64,000 nucleotides of DNA from Macrostomum lignano (taxonomy: Eukaryota), in contig NIVC01002392.1 of NCBI GenBank assembly GCA_002269645.1, forward strand, positions 114,628 through 178,627, given 5' to 3'. The number at the start of each line of letters is the position of its first letter. Positions within the stretch are counted from its first letter, which is position 1. The notes under the pieces were generated by a model that ran no database searches, was not told the DNA's origin, and saw only the letters and a list, made by a program, of their open reading frames with translations. The translations under genes and the position numbers were made by a program. This document shows positions 49,966 to 61,538 of the stretch, one piece after another.

Positions 49966-50891
49966 TTAAGATTTGCTGTAGAAAGTGAGCTTATTTTGTC
50001 ATTGCAATCGTCAAATTTCTTCCGGGTGCGAGCGCAACACGTTTAACTCAATGTAAGTGACGGAATCTGCTAAAGTGCAGTGCCAGAAGAAAGTCCATGA
50101 AGTGCTAGCTTTATCATCTGGAGAGATGCAAAATGAGATTCTTCTTATTAATGCTTCAGTCTTGAAACATTTCTCATTTACGAGCGTAGTTGGCTCGTAG
50201 AAAAGCCGAAAAGTGGCCGGCTATGAAGAGCAAAGAAAATAAACAGAACTTCAGGGGCAGAAAGATGCTAGGGTTGTGGTAGTAAAGAGTGCCAGTTTAG
50301 TTTTCTGCTTTCCAACTCTCTCTGCGGCCCTGTTTACTGACGCCGGGCGACTGCCAAAAATGGAGAAGCCAGGCCAGTGCAACGTCTTGCCTATCGCGAG
50401 AAAGGATCTAAACGTTTGAAACCGGAGGTAAGCAGTTAAGATATCGCAGGGGCTGAGCGAGAATTACTGCGCCCACCTCATTCGCTTTCTATTCGGGGTG
50501 AATGCCGACAGAGCGGCGCTCTGTTCAATCTGCCAAGCCGAAGCCAGCCCCAGTTCACGCACTGGCGCTCAGTTACAGAGTGGCTCGCACCGTGAGCACC
50601 GCAGGCTTCCTTATTCACCCACCCCAGCCAGACAGCATTTATTTGGAAATTTCATTTCTGCGTAAAGCAGTAGGTCTGTAATTTGCGTTCTTCATTTATT
50701 CTTTCTGTATAGCATTACGTGTCTGAAAATGTCTGTGGAGTTCAGCAATCGATCGTGGTCATCCGATTCGGCTCCGACACTATTTCCCGGAACTTTAGTT
50801 AGTCCGTTTAACCACTCCATAGACTTGGTGCGAGAGTTTAACAGTGAAAATGACGTAAGTCAGCAAATCTTTCCAATTTTAAATGAACAAT

Positions 50892-51155
<264 letters not shown>

Positions 51156-51209
51156 GGATCTAATCACACAACCGCACATGAAGTCAATCACTCCCGAAAA
51201 CCCCAGGCG

Positions 51210-53304
51210 GTGATGCAGAGGCGCAGCTCAACGGTGTCGCTCGCAGCAGCTACCGGTCGTGGAAGCCACGAGAGTATGGATTTGGATGAGCTGAAGCCGT
51301 TGGACCTTGAAACCGTAAGCTTGGACAAATTGAATCGATGTATAAGAAGTTTTCCAAATAGTTTTGGTATAACAACGGCGCACATTATCGTATTCTTTCA
51401 GCCGAACCAAGCGAACGCAAGTGAATCACTGCAGGAGCTTCACAAAGCTGAGGCTTTCAGCAGCTTTCCGCACCAGAAGGACCCTGATCCTTGCCTCGGA
51501 TCGGCTGCAAACCACTTGCCGCGGCAGTCCATGGAAGCCGTACATACTTTATTTTTGTCTAATCGACCGGACAATACACCGACTGATCTGTTATACGATG
51601 AACCCGGAACTACTGAACGCTACTCTGAGAGAGAGTGGAGCTCAGTTCTTTTAAATTCAAGAGACTCCTGGAGCTCGCATGGCGCCAGCGCTCCTGGACT
51701 TCCTCAGCCGTATGGAATGGGTCAAGTCGAAATGGAAAATCAGCAGTACTCTTATCAGCTGAGCCCGAGACAACAAAGTGGCGAAGAAGACCCAACTAAT
51801 CTAGGTAGACATGGCGAGTTTGCTGCTCCAGGTGCTCAGAATTTAGAATCAGCTACTTTTTACGCGACCCATGAGCAACAGCAGCAGCAACAGTTCGAGA
51901 TGTACCCAGCGGCAGCGTCACTAACATAGCGTGCAACTTTGAGACACTGGCCCCCAAAATGACTCGTCCGCCCGAAATTCCTTGCCAACTTGGCATGGAT
52001 AATGGCATTATCGAGGAGGCGTTTGCTTCGCACGAACCGAATCCGACAGGACATTGGACTGGTTTTGAGTCAATTCAGATTCTGGAGATGCCTCCCGCAC
52101 AACCGCCGATAGCTCAGCAGGCAGCCAACTCCATGATTCCTGCGCCTCCTATTGTTAAAGACGATGAGGACGACATTCTAGACAGCATTATTTCATGGGA
52201 ATCCCCGTCGCCTGATGAAACGCCTTCGCCGGACACAGAAGCTGAAGCTGAGCGCAAGGCACAATGCGTCCGGGAGATTATGTGTGAGTGTTGTGCTCGA
52301 GTGTTTTTCATTCTTGATGGTGTTGTTTGTTTATGGGATTTCTAAATACTTTATTGGTCACCTGGGCAGCTACATGTATTGCTTGTATTCCTGTAGAGGG
52401 TTGTAGCCCAGTGGTTGGAGTGTCGGACTCACTACTTAAAGGTTCGGGATTCGGTTCTCAACCCACTCAAGACAATTTGTGTCGTTGAGCAAGACACTTA
52501 ACTCTGCATTGCTTCAGTTCACCCCGGCTGTAAAATGTGTGCCAGCATTAGCTGGGATAATTGAGGGTGTGTGGTGACCCCCCCCCCCAGTCCTTGGACT
52601 GAACAGCCATAAGCAGCCATCAGCTGCGGCTGAATTTTCGGTTGCACATACACCCATTAGGGCAGGTGTAAATAAAGAAATAGTCAGGTTCTGTTCAATT
52701 ATTCAATTTATCTATTTAAACAAAAATAAACGTTAAAATTACAGGCCTGCGTCGAGGTATCAAAGCAGACGCACTGCCAAAGAAGCAGATACTGATTCAT
52801 GAAGTCGTTCACATTATGCTGCTCTGTGACCACAACGGTTGCCCGGACCTTAGGAAAATTTTGAGATTCTGCACGGAAGACGGCTTTGAAAGTTTCCAAG
52901 TCACCAACAACTTCATGGTGCACGACACTGTGCTCATGGGACAGGTCTGGAAGAGGCTCAAAGGCAACACAAAAGGCTACTACGATACTTTTGCTCGTGC
53001 AATGAGGTACGTCTTGGTTATAACTCAGATGAAATATTTTATTTACAAGCATTAATTATGCAGACTTGAGGAAAACGCCTGGAAACATTATTTTCTGTCT
53101 GTTAGCAGCTACCAATTGCATCAAAACAGTCGATCTCTATGCTCAATCAAACTTTTCAGAACCTGTCGCCAGCAGAAGAAGGACTACTTCGATTACCTGG
53201 ACTCCGGCAAAGGGTCAAGGAAACGGATGTACAAGCTGGGCAGCAGGTCAATCGCCGAAATCGAGGAAATTTCCAAAGTTTTACGTCGCTTCAAGCCTCA
53301 GTAG
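51210..53304 (+). CDS. Divergent ETS-domain transcription factor
   Basis: Proposed exons 51210-51314, 51402-about 51804, about 51882-52283, 52745-53006, 53160-53304. C-terminal ILIHEVVHIMLLCD...FMVHDTVLMGQVWKRLKGNTKGYYDTFARAMR/...RKRMYKLG follows the ETS pattern (F.i.D...va.lW...K.n..m.Y.k.aRa.R...KR..YKF). The intron near 51.8 kb is inferred from frame compatibility only. Confidence 0.7.
52397..52680 (+). mobile_element. CORE-like SINE copy in an ETS gene intron
   Basis: Same family head, CORE-like block and tail. Confidence 0.85.
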
Positions 53305-54529
53305 CTTGCTTGCTCTTGCTTGCAGTCAAGAACAATATAGACGCTTTCTTTAGTACAGCAACGAGTGTATCAAGATTTGAGCGTCATTCTTGAAAGAAAA
53401 AACATTCAAATTTCTTTTCGCTTGCAAATTTTTTCTTTCGATTTTTTCGAACCTTGCTTTCTATTTACGTCTAGACCTTTCGATCATATTTTCAATTCGC
53501 AATTTAAGAAATAATGTTTTTATTTTAGCATACGAAGGATAGGTACTGTACCATGTCGAAATTTAAACAAAGAAATTTTACCAATAGCCAATAGACATGA
53601 ATAATTTTACGATCAAAGCAGTGCAGAAACACATCTTTTCTTTACTAGTAAATTTGCGTATTATTGTTCATTTCTAAGAATTTCCATCATTTATCCAAAA
53701 TTTGCCATAATTCATATGCCATGATTTGCCGCCCGGAAGCCTTTGTTGCGTTGAAGTTTGTACTGGACTTTTCTACGCTCGTATGTTATTCATTTTAAAT
53801 GAAAAAATAAATGGTTTTCCATCATCTAATATTACTTTGGTTTTCGTACTATTCCCTCTTTTCAGTTAGGGATTTAAATACGCTATAAACAACTGCAATT
53901 GCGGTCAGTCACTTATTGGTGGTAACTCTAACTTTTCTTCACTAACTTATTTAAACTGGTTAATTTACTTAATTAGGCCTGTATCAGTTAATCTGAGTAC
54001 CTTTCTCCGTTTACATAACGGTCGAGACTGTCGAGTTTATCTGTAACAACAAAGCGGCCGCTTACGCTCGCACCTAAATGTTTGCCTCGAGACAGCTACC
54101 CTGCGGTAGGATGCGGTTTGTTAATAGGTGTTTATTTATTCCGAAGAAACTTTCATTCCACTCTACTACTACTAGCAGTATGCATCATCTGCAGAATGCG
54201 TTAGCAAAATAGGAAGTAAGTTTTTGTCTTTTTTATACCGACTTCCCAATATCTCAGCTTCTGGAAATTCAAATGACGCAAGTTTGCGTCTCTTCTTGAG
54301 TTGCTCTCACAGGTTTATCAAGCTATTTTTCAAAAATTCTACGGCAGACCGACAATCAAGCAGAGTTATGTTTTTAATTTTTTTTCAACAAACTTGTCGA
54401 TAACAATCGTTTTCGTTCGTTCGTTCAACAATGTGTCGAGCACAATAACCTGAAACAGTTAATCAACGTTATTGATAGACATGTACGAGCTAGCTCCTGA
54501 GAAGTGCTTGTGGTGTTTCTTTCCACACT

Positions 54530-57019
54530 TTAATCAAAATTCGGCATCAAAACATCTAGCCGATATTCGCTTTCATCCAACTCCAACTCTTGCCCTCGAT
54601 TTCGTCTAAACACGGAGCGAACCCGCGACCGGATCCAGCGGCTCAGACTCTGCGAGGCGAACGCGTGCAGCAGGCGGGTCATGTCGAATCGAAAGTCCAG
54701 GTCAGAGCTGATTCTGGCAACCCGGTCAGACAGCAGGGCGATCATAAAGTTGAATAGAAATATTGAAACAATGATGTAGTACAATATGTAGACAATTGAC
54801 ATGCTTTGGTAACCAGGAAGCGACAGGCTCGGTGAGAACGTGATCTGAAACACGCCGATCAGGGTGGACAGCCAGCTGGAAGTTGAATAGCTTGTGAACG
54901 CTGGCTCACACGGCATCATGAAGATGAACAGCCAACTGTAGATGCAAACAGTCAGAAGAGTGAGCTCTGAGAGTATTAAAAAAGATGGCATCAGGTTGAC
55001 CAGCAGGCAGCAGTGCTTAGATAGTGCGCTGCCCAAGAACGCAATGAACAGCAGGAGGACGAAACAGTAGCAGAATACCATGCTATGAATCATCACGATG
55101 AAAGCTTGGTTCCGTTCCGCGTTGTTTAAATGCACCGAGTCGTTAACTGGTGCAGCTAAAAGTAGGAGTCCGTGCGCACATAGAGCGTCACAAACAGTAG
55201 CTCGACTGGGAATAAAATCATCAGTATTAGCAGCAGCGCATTCCACCATGAGCTGAACAGGGACCGGCAGCGGCTTTGTGAGAACCACTCATGCCCATTT
55301 CTGAAAGGTTCGTAACAGGCAATCTTTGAACCCTTTACCAAAATAACGTTCGAAAATCATTCCATAAAATCAACAAGTCACCCTGCTTACACGAGTCGTT
55401 GTAGGTGGTAGTAACTCAGTAACAGTACCGCAGATAAAAGTATGCCAAAGATGTCGACAAACAGCACAAGCCATCGAAGCAGCTCGCGTAGGAAAAGGCT
55501 TCGATTCGTGCTGACTATCAATTCGATGCCTAAACACTTCTCAAAATGCGTGTCCAAGTTGCTCATGTCTGACTCCTTTAGGTAGACAATGGAATATAGA
55601 CGGATTGTGCCCACTGTTATGAGCAGCAAGAAGATGCAAAGCATAGCCAATATCATGAATCGCCAGCGCCAGTTGAGTTCGCTAAAGATGTCTGCCACCC
55701 AACGGCGAGCTAGAGGACTAGATAAAAAGCTTTTCAAGCTTCCGTCTCAGATGTACTTTTGTATCCTGTGGTGGATGTAGAGTGGCTCCGGTGCCATTTC
55801 AAGCATAGAATGAGCAGAGGGTGCCGGTGAAACCTCGCACCGTTGCTCCAGTGGTAGTCACTCAGGTCCAGGCTCCAAAGGCTGGCGATACCGTGCTGAG
55901 AGATCGCCTTGGAATACCTGAGTTGCCAAAATGTATTAGGTGAGTGCAGCTATTGCAGCATTGGATAGTTGCAGCATTGGTAGTTGCAGCATCGGATATT
56001 GTGCAAATAATCAGTTTTCCTTATAAAAGGCTCTTCATGTGCGTCATACGAGCTATTTTTAGATGTTATCTTACTCTTATTAATTTAAAAGCATGATATT
56101 TACTACCTTGAACTTCTCAAAATGGCCTCGAATAGACTGAACTGGCCCAAGAAGACGGCAAACTCGAGAGCGTTGCTGCCAGTTTGAATGCACTCGACGT
56201 CCAAAGAGCGCGTCAACAGTTCTACGTCGCTCAACTGACGCAGGAAGCTAGCGCACCGGCGTTGCTCCCCATCGGAGTCAATCGAAGTCGCGGCCCGCGC
56301 AATCAGCACGTGAATCAGCGGAGGTTGCGCTGGCACCAGTGGCGTCGGTATGATTGAACTGAAGCGAAGGCACAGCAGCCGGGTGCACTTCATCGACAGG
56401 AACGAAACGGCCACTTCCAACGGATGGCAGTGAGTGGCTGCAAAACGATTCGCAAATTCGAACTTATCGATCTCCCCTTTTCCAGTTTCCCGACTATCGT
56501 CGAGTTCCCAGGGCGGCTGCCAGTCTCCGAGTCGCATAGCAAAGAAGGCAATCAGGGATGCGCGACTGCAACTCGAGAGGAACTCGAAGTAGGCGGCATT
56601 GTCCTCTCGCAGGGCGGCAAACACCGCCTCAGCTGATGGCAGGGCAGCCACGGACGTTGTCAGTTCGTCCATTTCTTGGAGCTCTAATGGGTCTTCGCTA
56701 GTTTGGGTTGAGCTCACAGCGCTTCTACTGCTTTCACTCTTAAAGCTGCTTTGTGCGCTATCGTTTATCAAAGAGGCTGGATGCATCTGCAGACACGAAA
56801 GAGCCTTGGGAACCTCTGCTGGGCTATCTGCTTCATCCGTGTTGGCCAGCGGAGCCACTTGCATCCAGTTGAGGCTATCAGTAGTTGAATTTTTGACTTG
56901 CTCTCGTTGCCCAGACAAACGCTCGGATTCTACATAGGGCCAGTAAGTTGTGCATAAAAATGAAGATAGCTAAATAAAGACAGCTTTTTAAATATTATGC
57001 TGGTTTTACCTCGAGGCAT
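54530..57019 (-). CDS. Divergent TRPV-like cation channel subunit with two apparent frameshifts (possible pseudogene or sequence error)
   Basis: Exons 57019-57010, 56929-56107, 55917-about 55392, about 55300-54530. Ankyrin-like N-part (HPLEVAVSF, NALEFAVFLGQFSLFEAIL), QHGIASLWSLDL linker, multiple TM segments and S6-like YYIIVSIFLFNFMIALLSDRVARI. Frame changes near 55740 and 55160. Confidence 0.65.
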
Positions 57020-58291
57020 GGTGTAGTACCGAATCTGTTACAATAGTTGGCTGCAGCTCAGCTTTGATAATAAAGATTGTTCAGCGCAGTTCCATACAAC
57101 CACGGGGGGCTGATTCTCCCCGCTCTGATTAAAACCACGGTCAAATGTATCCCATCTCGATAATTGGCTTCCACTATTTGTACAGGGAGCAGTGGACAGA
57201 GAGAGAGGCTGGAACAGGCGGGCTGTTTGCTTAGAAAAAGCACGTACCTCTCCATTGCCTGGGTACCTTCACGGATTAAGGTCGGCATTATTGCGTTGAG
57301 TGCTGATTGCCTGGCTCTACCAATATCAGTTCAGTCCATTTTATTAATAATCTTTTCGCAGTGGAAATTCTGGCAGAGGTAATTATTACTGATGTAAAAT
57401 CTCTGCTGGTGCAACTGGATTTATTCATTTATATCGCTATTCACTGTGAGTCTTGCGAGTTATGGATAAATAAATAGAAACTTTAAGCTAAGATTACTCC
57501 TACTTCTATGAAAGTAGTATAGATAGAATAAGTTTTTCTTTTGATATCCACCTGAGTAGCTTTAAAAACGTAGAAAGAATACTACCAAAGAGAAGTTTTC
57601 TTTTCTAGGAAACCATACTGCCGTGTAAGCGATCGGGGATCGAACTTGTCATGAATTTTGCGAATTCTAATTAAAAATCTCAACCTACGCTGCAATCTTG
57701 ATATTAGTATTGATTGAAAAAATGGTGTCCAATTTAAATCTAAAAGAATAACTAAAATATGCACATCTTTGAATCAATAATTGACAAAATTGCTTGTTCC
57801 ACATCAAGCCTCTGATCTCACGGCTGCGACCATGGTAAGATTCCACTTTATTAGGGCTTCCATTTGGGACCATGGCGGCTGAGGATTTTCCAACAGTTTC
57901 TACTTCACAAATTACCAATGCGGCCGAATTACGCGGCCTAAGTGAGTAGTATATACTATACAAAATTGCAAGCAAACCGTTCTCAGAATTCAATCAATTT
58001 AACCCTTTATCAGTGGGAAATGACTCATTTCCCTTCATTACCGCTCGTCTTCACTTCGCTCAACTCGCTCCGCTCATCCTCGCTTCATTTCGGTCAATCT
58101 CCCCATTTCACACTTACAACGATTAATTCTCATTGAATTATGAGAATACGCTCTCGTCGTTCGCTTTGGTTTGCTGGCAATTTTGTATGGTACTCAAACT
58201 CTTCCAACTCTTCCAACACTTCCAACACTTCCAACTCTCTATAACCCCAGGCCGCGCCGCAGGCGCAAAGGGTCTTTTTCTGTTACTAAAA

Positions 58292-58591
58292 ATGAACCGA
58301 GTTTACAACTTTTCAGTAAGCGATACTTTTGAGACTGTTGCTAAGAATGCAGTGATAATAAAACAGCACATATTGAATGGAATAATTGATGAAGTTTATT
58401 TAAAATATGACGATAAGCACGAACTAAAACTTTATCCGTTAGAGTTGGATGGTTTGTATGATTTAGAACAAGAGGGAGAGTTAATATTTCAACTTGGTGA
58501 TTATTTAAATTCCGAGGATTGGGAGGTTAGATCAACAGATTCCGAATCAACAAACAGTTCTTATGAAACTAGTGATTCGGAGAGTCTGTAA
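58292..58591 (+). CDS. Viral small hypothetical protein, 99 aa (paralog family member 1)
   Basis: AAAAATG start inside the listed 58133 ORF. Contains KQHILNGIIDEVYL...KLYPL and an acidic Ser-rich tail. Confidence 0.6.
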   Translation: MNRVYNFSVSDTFETVAKNAVIIKQHILNGIIDEVYLKYDDKHELKLYPLELDGLYDLEQEGELIFQLGDYLNSEDWEVRSTDSESTNSSYETSDSESL

Positions 58592-58607
58592 AAAATATAA
58601 CTAAAAA

Positions 58608-58784
58608 ATGAAGGTAAATCGCATCAACGATACGCATGCTTTGCATGATTATTCCTATATCGGAAACGTGCCAGTTAAGGAACTTAATGAAAATTTAAGT
58701 TTGATAACAGTTGAACAAATTTCAATAATAATATTAGTAACTATAATAGTAATAATATTGTTTTTATTTGTTATAAAAAATTAA
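58608..58784 (+). CDS. Viral 58-aa single-TM microprotein (not in the ORF track)
   Basis: Hand translation MKVNRIND...EQISIIILVTIIVIILFLFVIKN*. AAAAAATG start. Confidence 0.55.
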   Translation: MKVNRINDTHALHDYSYIGNVPVKELNENLSLITVEQISIIILVTIIVIILFLFVIKN

Positions 58785-58833
58785 TTACCTTGCTGCCTCA
58801 AGTAAGCAATTATTTAAAAATTTATTCATAAAA

Positions 58834-59257
58834 ATGGAATTAAAAATTGATCAAAGGCTAAAAGATCTAAAACAGAAGATAAATGATGGTTTAATAAAAA
58901 TTGTACTATTAGAAGGAGTAAAAATATATCCACTAAAACCATCTGAAATTATGCAACTAGAATAGAAACTTAAAAAAAACTTATAAAAGGTTCATTAGCA
59001 ATATTGATGATAATGTTATTGATTTGGTTACATATTTGAATAATTATCAACTACCTACACAAGTAACTCATTATCCAGTGGGATTTTATATTGATACTAA
59101 TCTTGAATATAAAGAGTATTCATTTGCGCCACTAAAAAATATTAACAAACATGGAATAGAGAAGGGTAATTGTGAAAAACTTAATAATTTATCAATTAAG
59201 TTATTTCAAAATAACTTAATTATTTTATCAATAAGATGGCAGAAGTCAAAGAGATGA
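58834..59257 (+). pseudogene. Viral small protein (paralog family member 2), disrupted near 58965
   Basis: MELKIDQRLKDLKQKINDGLIKIVLLEGVKIYPLKPSEIMQLE* (58834-58965), apparently continuing in the 59024-59257 frame. Confidence 0.5.
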
Positions 59258-59544
59258 TAAAAAAGGATTTAATAAAATATGTCAAAATTCGAGGAGTAAA
59301 AATATATACACTAACCACAGATGAAATCAAAGGTCTAGAAATTGAATTCCCAAAACGATATGGAAGTGAAAGGAGGGTTGAAGTAAAAATAAGTGAATAT
59401 CTTAATGACAGGTGTTATAAGGATGGGAAACTAAGTATAGATTTTTGGTATTTAGACCTTGAACAAATTATTAACTCATTTAAATATAAATATAACGAAC
59501 ATCCAACACCATTAAAAACTTTAATAACAGATTATAAAAAATAA
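59236..59544 (+). CDS. Viral small hypothetical protein, 102 aa (paralog family member 3)
   Basis: KEMIKKDLIKYVKIRGVKIYTLTTDEIKGLEIE motif. Confidence 0.65.
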   Translation: MAEVKEMIKKDLIKYVKIRGVKIYTLTTDEIKGLEIEFPKRYGSERRVEVKISEYLNDRCYKDGKLSIDFWYLDLEQIINSFKYKYNEHPTPLKTLITDYKK

Positions 59545-59593
59545 ACATAAATCGCCCCCTCAAGTAATTATTATTTAAAATTTATTCTTAAAA

Positions 59594-59905
59594 ATGGATA
59601 AAAGCAAGCCTGATATAACACACATTCTTATTTTTCTAATTTATATTTTATTTATAGGCTATCCAAGCATTCGTTTATATCAAATAATTGATATCATAAA
59701 ACAACAAAATAATACATTGAATAAGACGAAAAAAGAAACAGAAATGACAATTTCAATAGTAATCATATCAATTGCAACTATAATATTAATAATAATTCCA
59801 TTACTTTTCTATATTATATGCATATGTCCCAATATGTGTTGTAAACGAGAAAAAGAACAACAAGAGCTCCCACAACACGACCCCCTAGATTCACTAAAAG
59901 TCTAA
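59594..59905 (+). CDS. Viral two-TM membrane protein, 103 aa, with a juxtamembrane Cys cluster
   Basis: Two Ile-rich hydrophobic helices and CICPNMCCK. Confidence 0.65.
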   Translation: MDKSKPDITHILIFLIYILFIGYPSIRLYQIIDIIKQQNNTLNKTKKETEMTISIVIISIATIILIIIPLLFYIICICPNMCCKREKEQQELPQHDPLDSLKV

Positions 59906-59931
59906 ATTAAACTAACATTATCTGCCCAAGC

Positions 59932-61536
59932 TTAGCTTGCAGATAATATCTGGTTCTCATAAAACGATCCCAATATTTCTTCACCATCTTTATCGGCAAT
60001 GATATAGGTCGTATGATTTGTATTTAAAACTTTACTGATAGTAAATTTTTCACTTATTTTCCAATATCCTTTTCTTCCTTTTTCAAACTTATCTTTCCAT
60101 TTATAGATATAAACAGAGTCACCAACTTTAAAAGGTTTAGTTTTCTTTTTTTCAAGTGATCCAAAAGTAACTTTAACATTTTAAGGGTTGTTATAAGCTC
60201 GTTGAGGAGTCATCTTTATCGTACGAAGTCCGCGTTCCGAAGGAACGATAGCTGAATGAAATGAATTATTATAATCTTTCACGACGTCTGGTAATATTTT
60301 TACCCACTTTTGGTTACCATTCAGACTAAACTGAAACCACAATTTCTTACCTAAAGTTCGATTAAATCTTTCAATCAGTGCGTTTTTACTTTCTCCATAA
60401 ATAGAATAAATTTTATTAATATACTCACCATTCGCGTCTTTTTTCCTTTCTTTTCCTTTTTCAAAATGATACAATTTATACATATGATGATTGTAAAATT
60501 CTTTTCCTTCATCAACACACAACCTTTCACTTTTTTCTCCAAGACTTCTAAAAGCAGAAGCAACTTCTTCTCCTTTTTTGGATTTCAAAGGAACAGCTCA
60601 CGCATATCGAGTAAAACCATCTAATATGGTTAAAATATATTTATATCCCATATCGGGCGGCATTGCCATTAAATCAGCATACCAAATTTCATTCTTTTTG
60701 AAGTTCATGATTTTTCTATAAAATTTAGGCTTTCGGTATTCTTTGTGAAGAACCTTTGCCTCATCAGAACTTAACCCACCACCACTTAATAATAAACACT
60801 CGACACAATTATTTCCATGTTGGTTGTAATTAATTCCCAAACCAAATTTAACTTTAGATTGCAAGATCTTTTTAACCATCCACCTAGTTAATCTTTGGCT
60901 TACTGATAAGCCCTGTAGATTGTCTAATCCCTCAATCATTTTTCTATCAGCTTCATGCTTTAATCTTAATGCTTCCTCAGGAGAATTATTATCAGCATCT
61001 CTGTATGCTAAGTCATGATAATATGCTAACCAATCAATGCCATTAATGGGAATTGAATCAGCTTTTGGAGTGTCATCTGGATTTAATCTCAAATCCAGTC
61101 CAGTACCGGGTAGTTTGCCCTCAATCTTTCGAAAGAGGCTGGAGCACACCTTAAGCGGATAAATTACCGCCCACCTCCGTCTGCTCTCTGAACCTTCTCC
61201 TTATATTTTTATACTTAGGAGCTTGGCTGCGCATTGCCACCTTGTCTTCAAGCTTGTTACCTTTGGGAAGAGGAGTTACCTCTGTTCCTTCAAAAGATTT
61301 CTCAATTGAAGTGGTACTTGAAGCTGTATGACGGGTTTCACGCAATTTGAAGGTGTCGCCACAAATAGTGACTAGCAAGGACATTGACTTCCTCACTCAG
61401 GCCTCGGTTAACCTGCGTACGAATACCCTGGGATGTGTAATTCATTCGTATATTTTCCAGTAGTAAAAACGCTTGGTAAGCTTGTTAATCCTTTTTGAAC
61501 ATCCAAAAATCCACCTTCAAACACAAGTTGGCTCAT
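59932..61536 (-). pseudogene. PLA2-retroviral-like integrase fusion gene, inactivated
   Basis: ATG 61536: MSQLVFEGGFLDVQKGL...ELHIPGYSYAG | 300-bp insert 61410-61111 | PGTGLDLRL...YYHDLAY...HEADRKM (PLA2); LHKEYRK...WYADL...ILDGFTRYA*AVPLK...VDEGKEF...IERFNRTL (DDE integrase); NNP*NVK...FKVGDSVYI...FYENQILSAS* (SH3-like). In-frame stops at 60600-60598 and 60183-60181. Reconstructed length 434 codons. Confidence 0.9.
61111..61410. other. Exact 300-bp insertion of unknown origin in the PLA2 Ca2+-binding loop
   Basis: Removing it rejoins YSYAG and PGT in frame. Visibly more GC-rich than the flanking viral DNA. No TIR or TSD recognised. Confidence 0.8.
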
Positions 61537-61538
61537 TT

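Noticed and set aside
51875-51958. Frameshift in the ETS gene
   Set aside because: A GT-AG intron (51805 or 51832 to 51881-51893) restores the frame, so no lesion is needed.
61151-61396. 81-aa ORF as a viral gene or intein
   Set aside because: It lies inside the 300-bp insert, is out of frame with PLA2, and lacks intein terminal residues.
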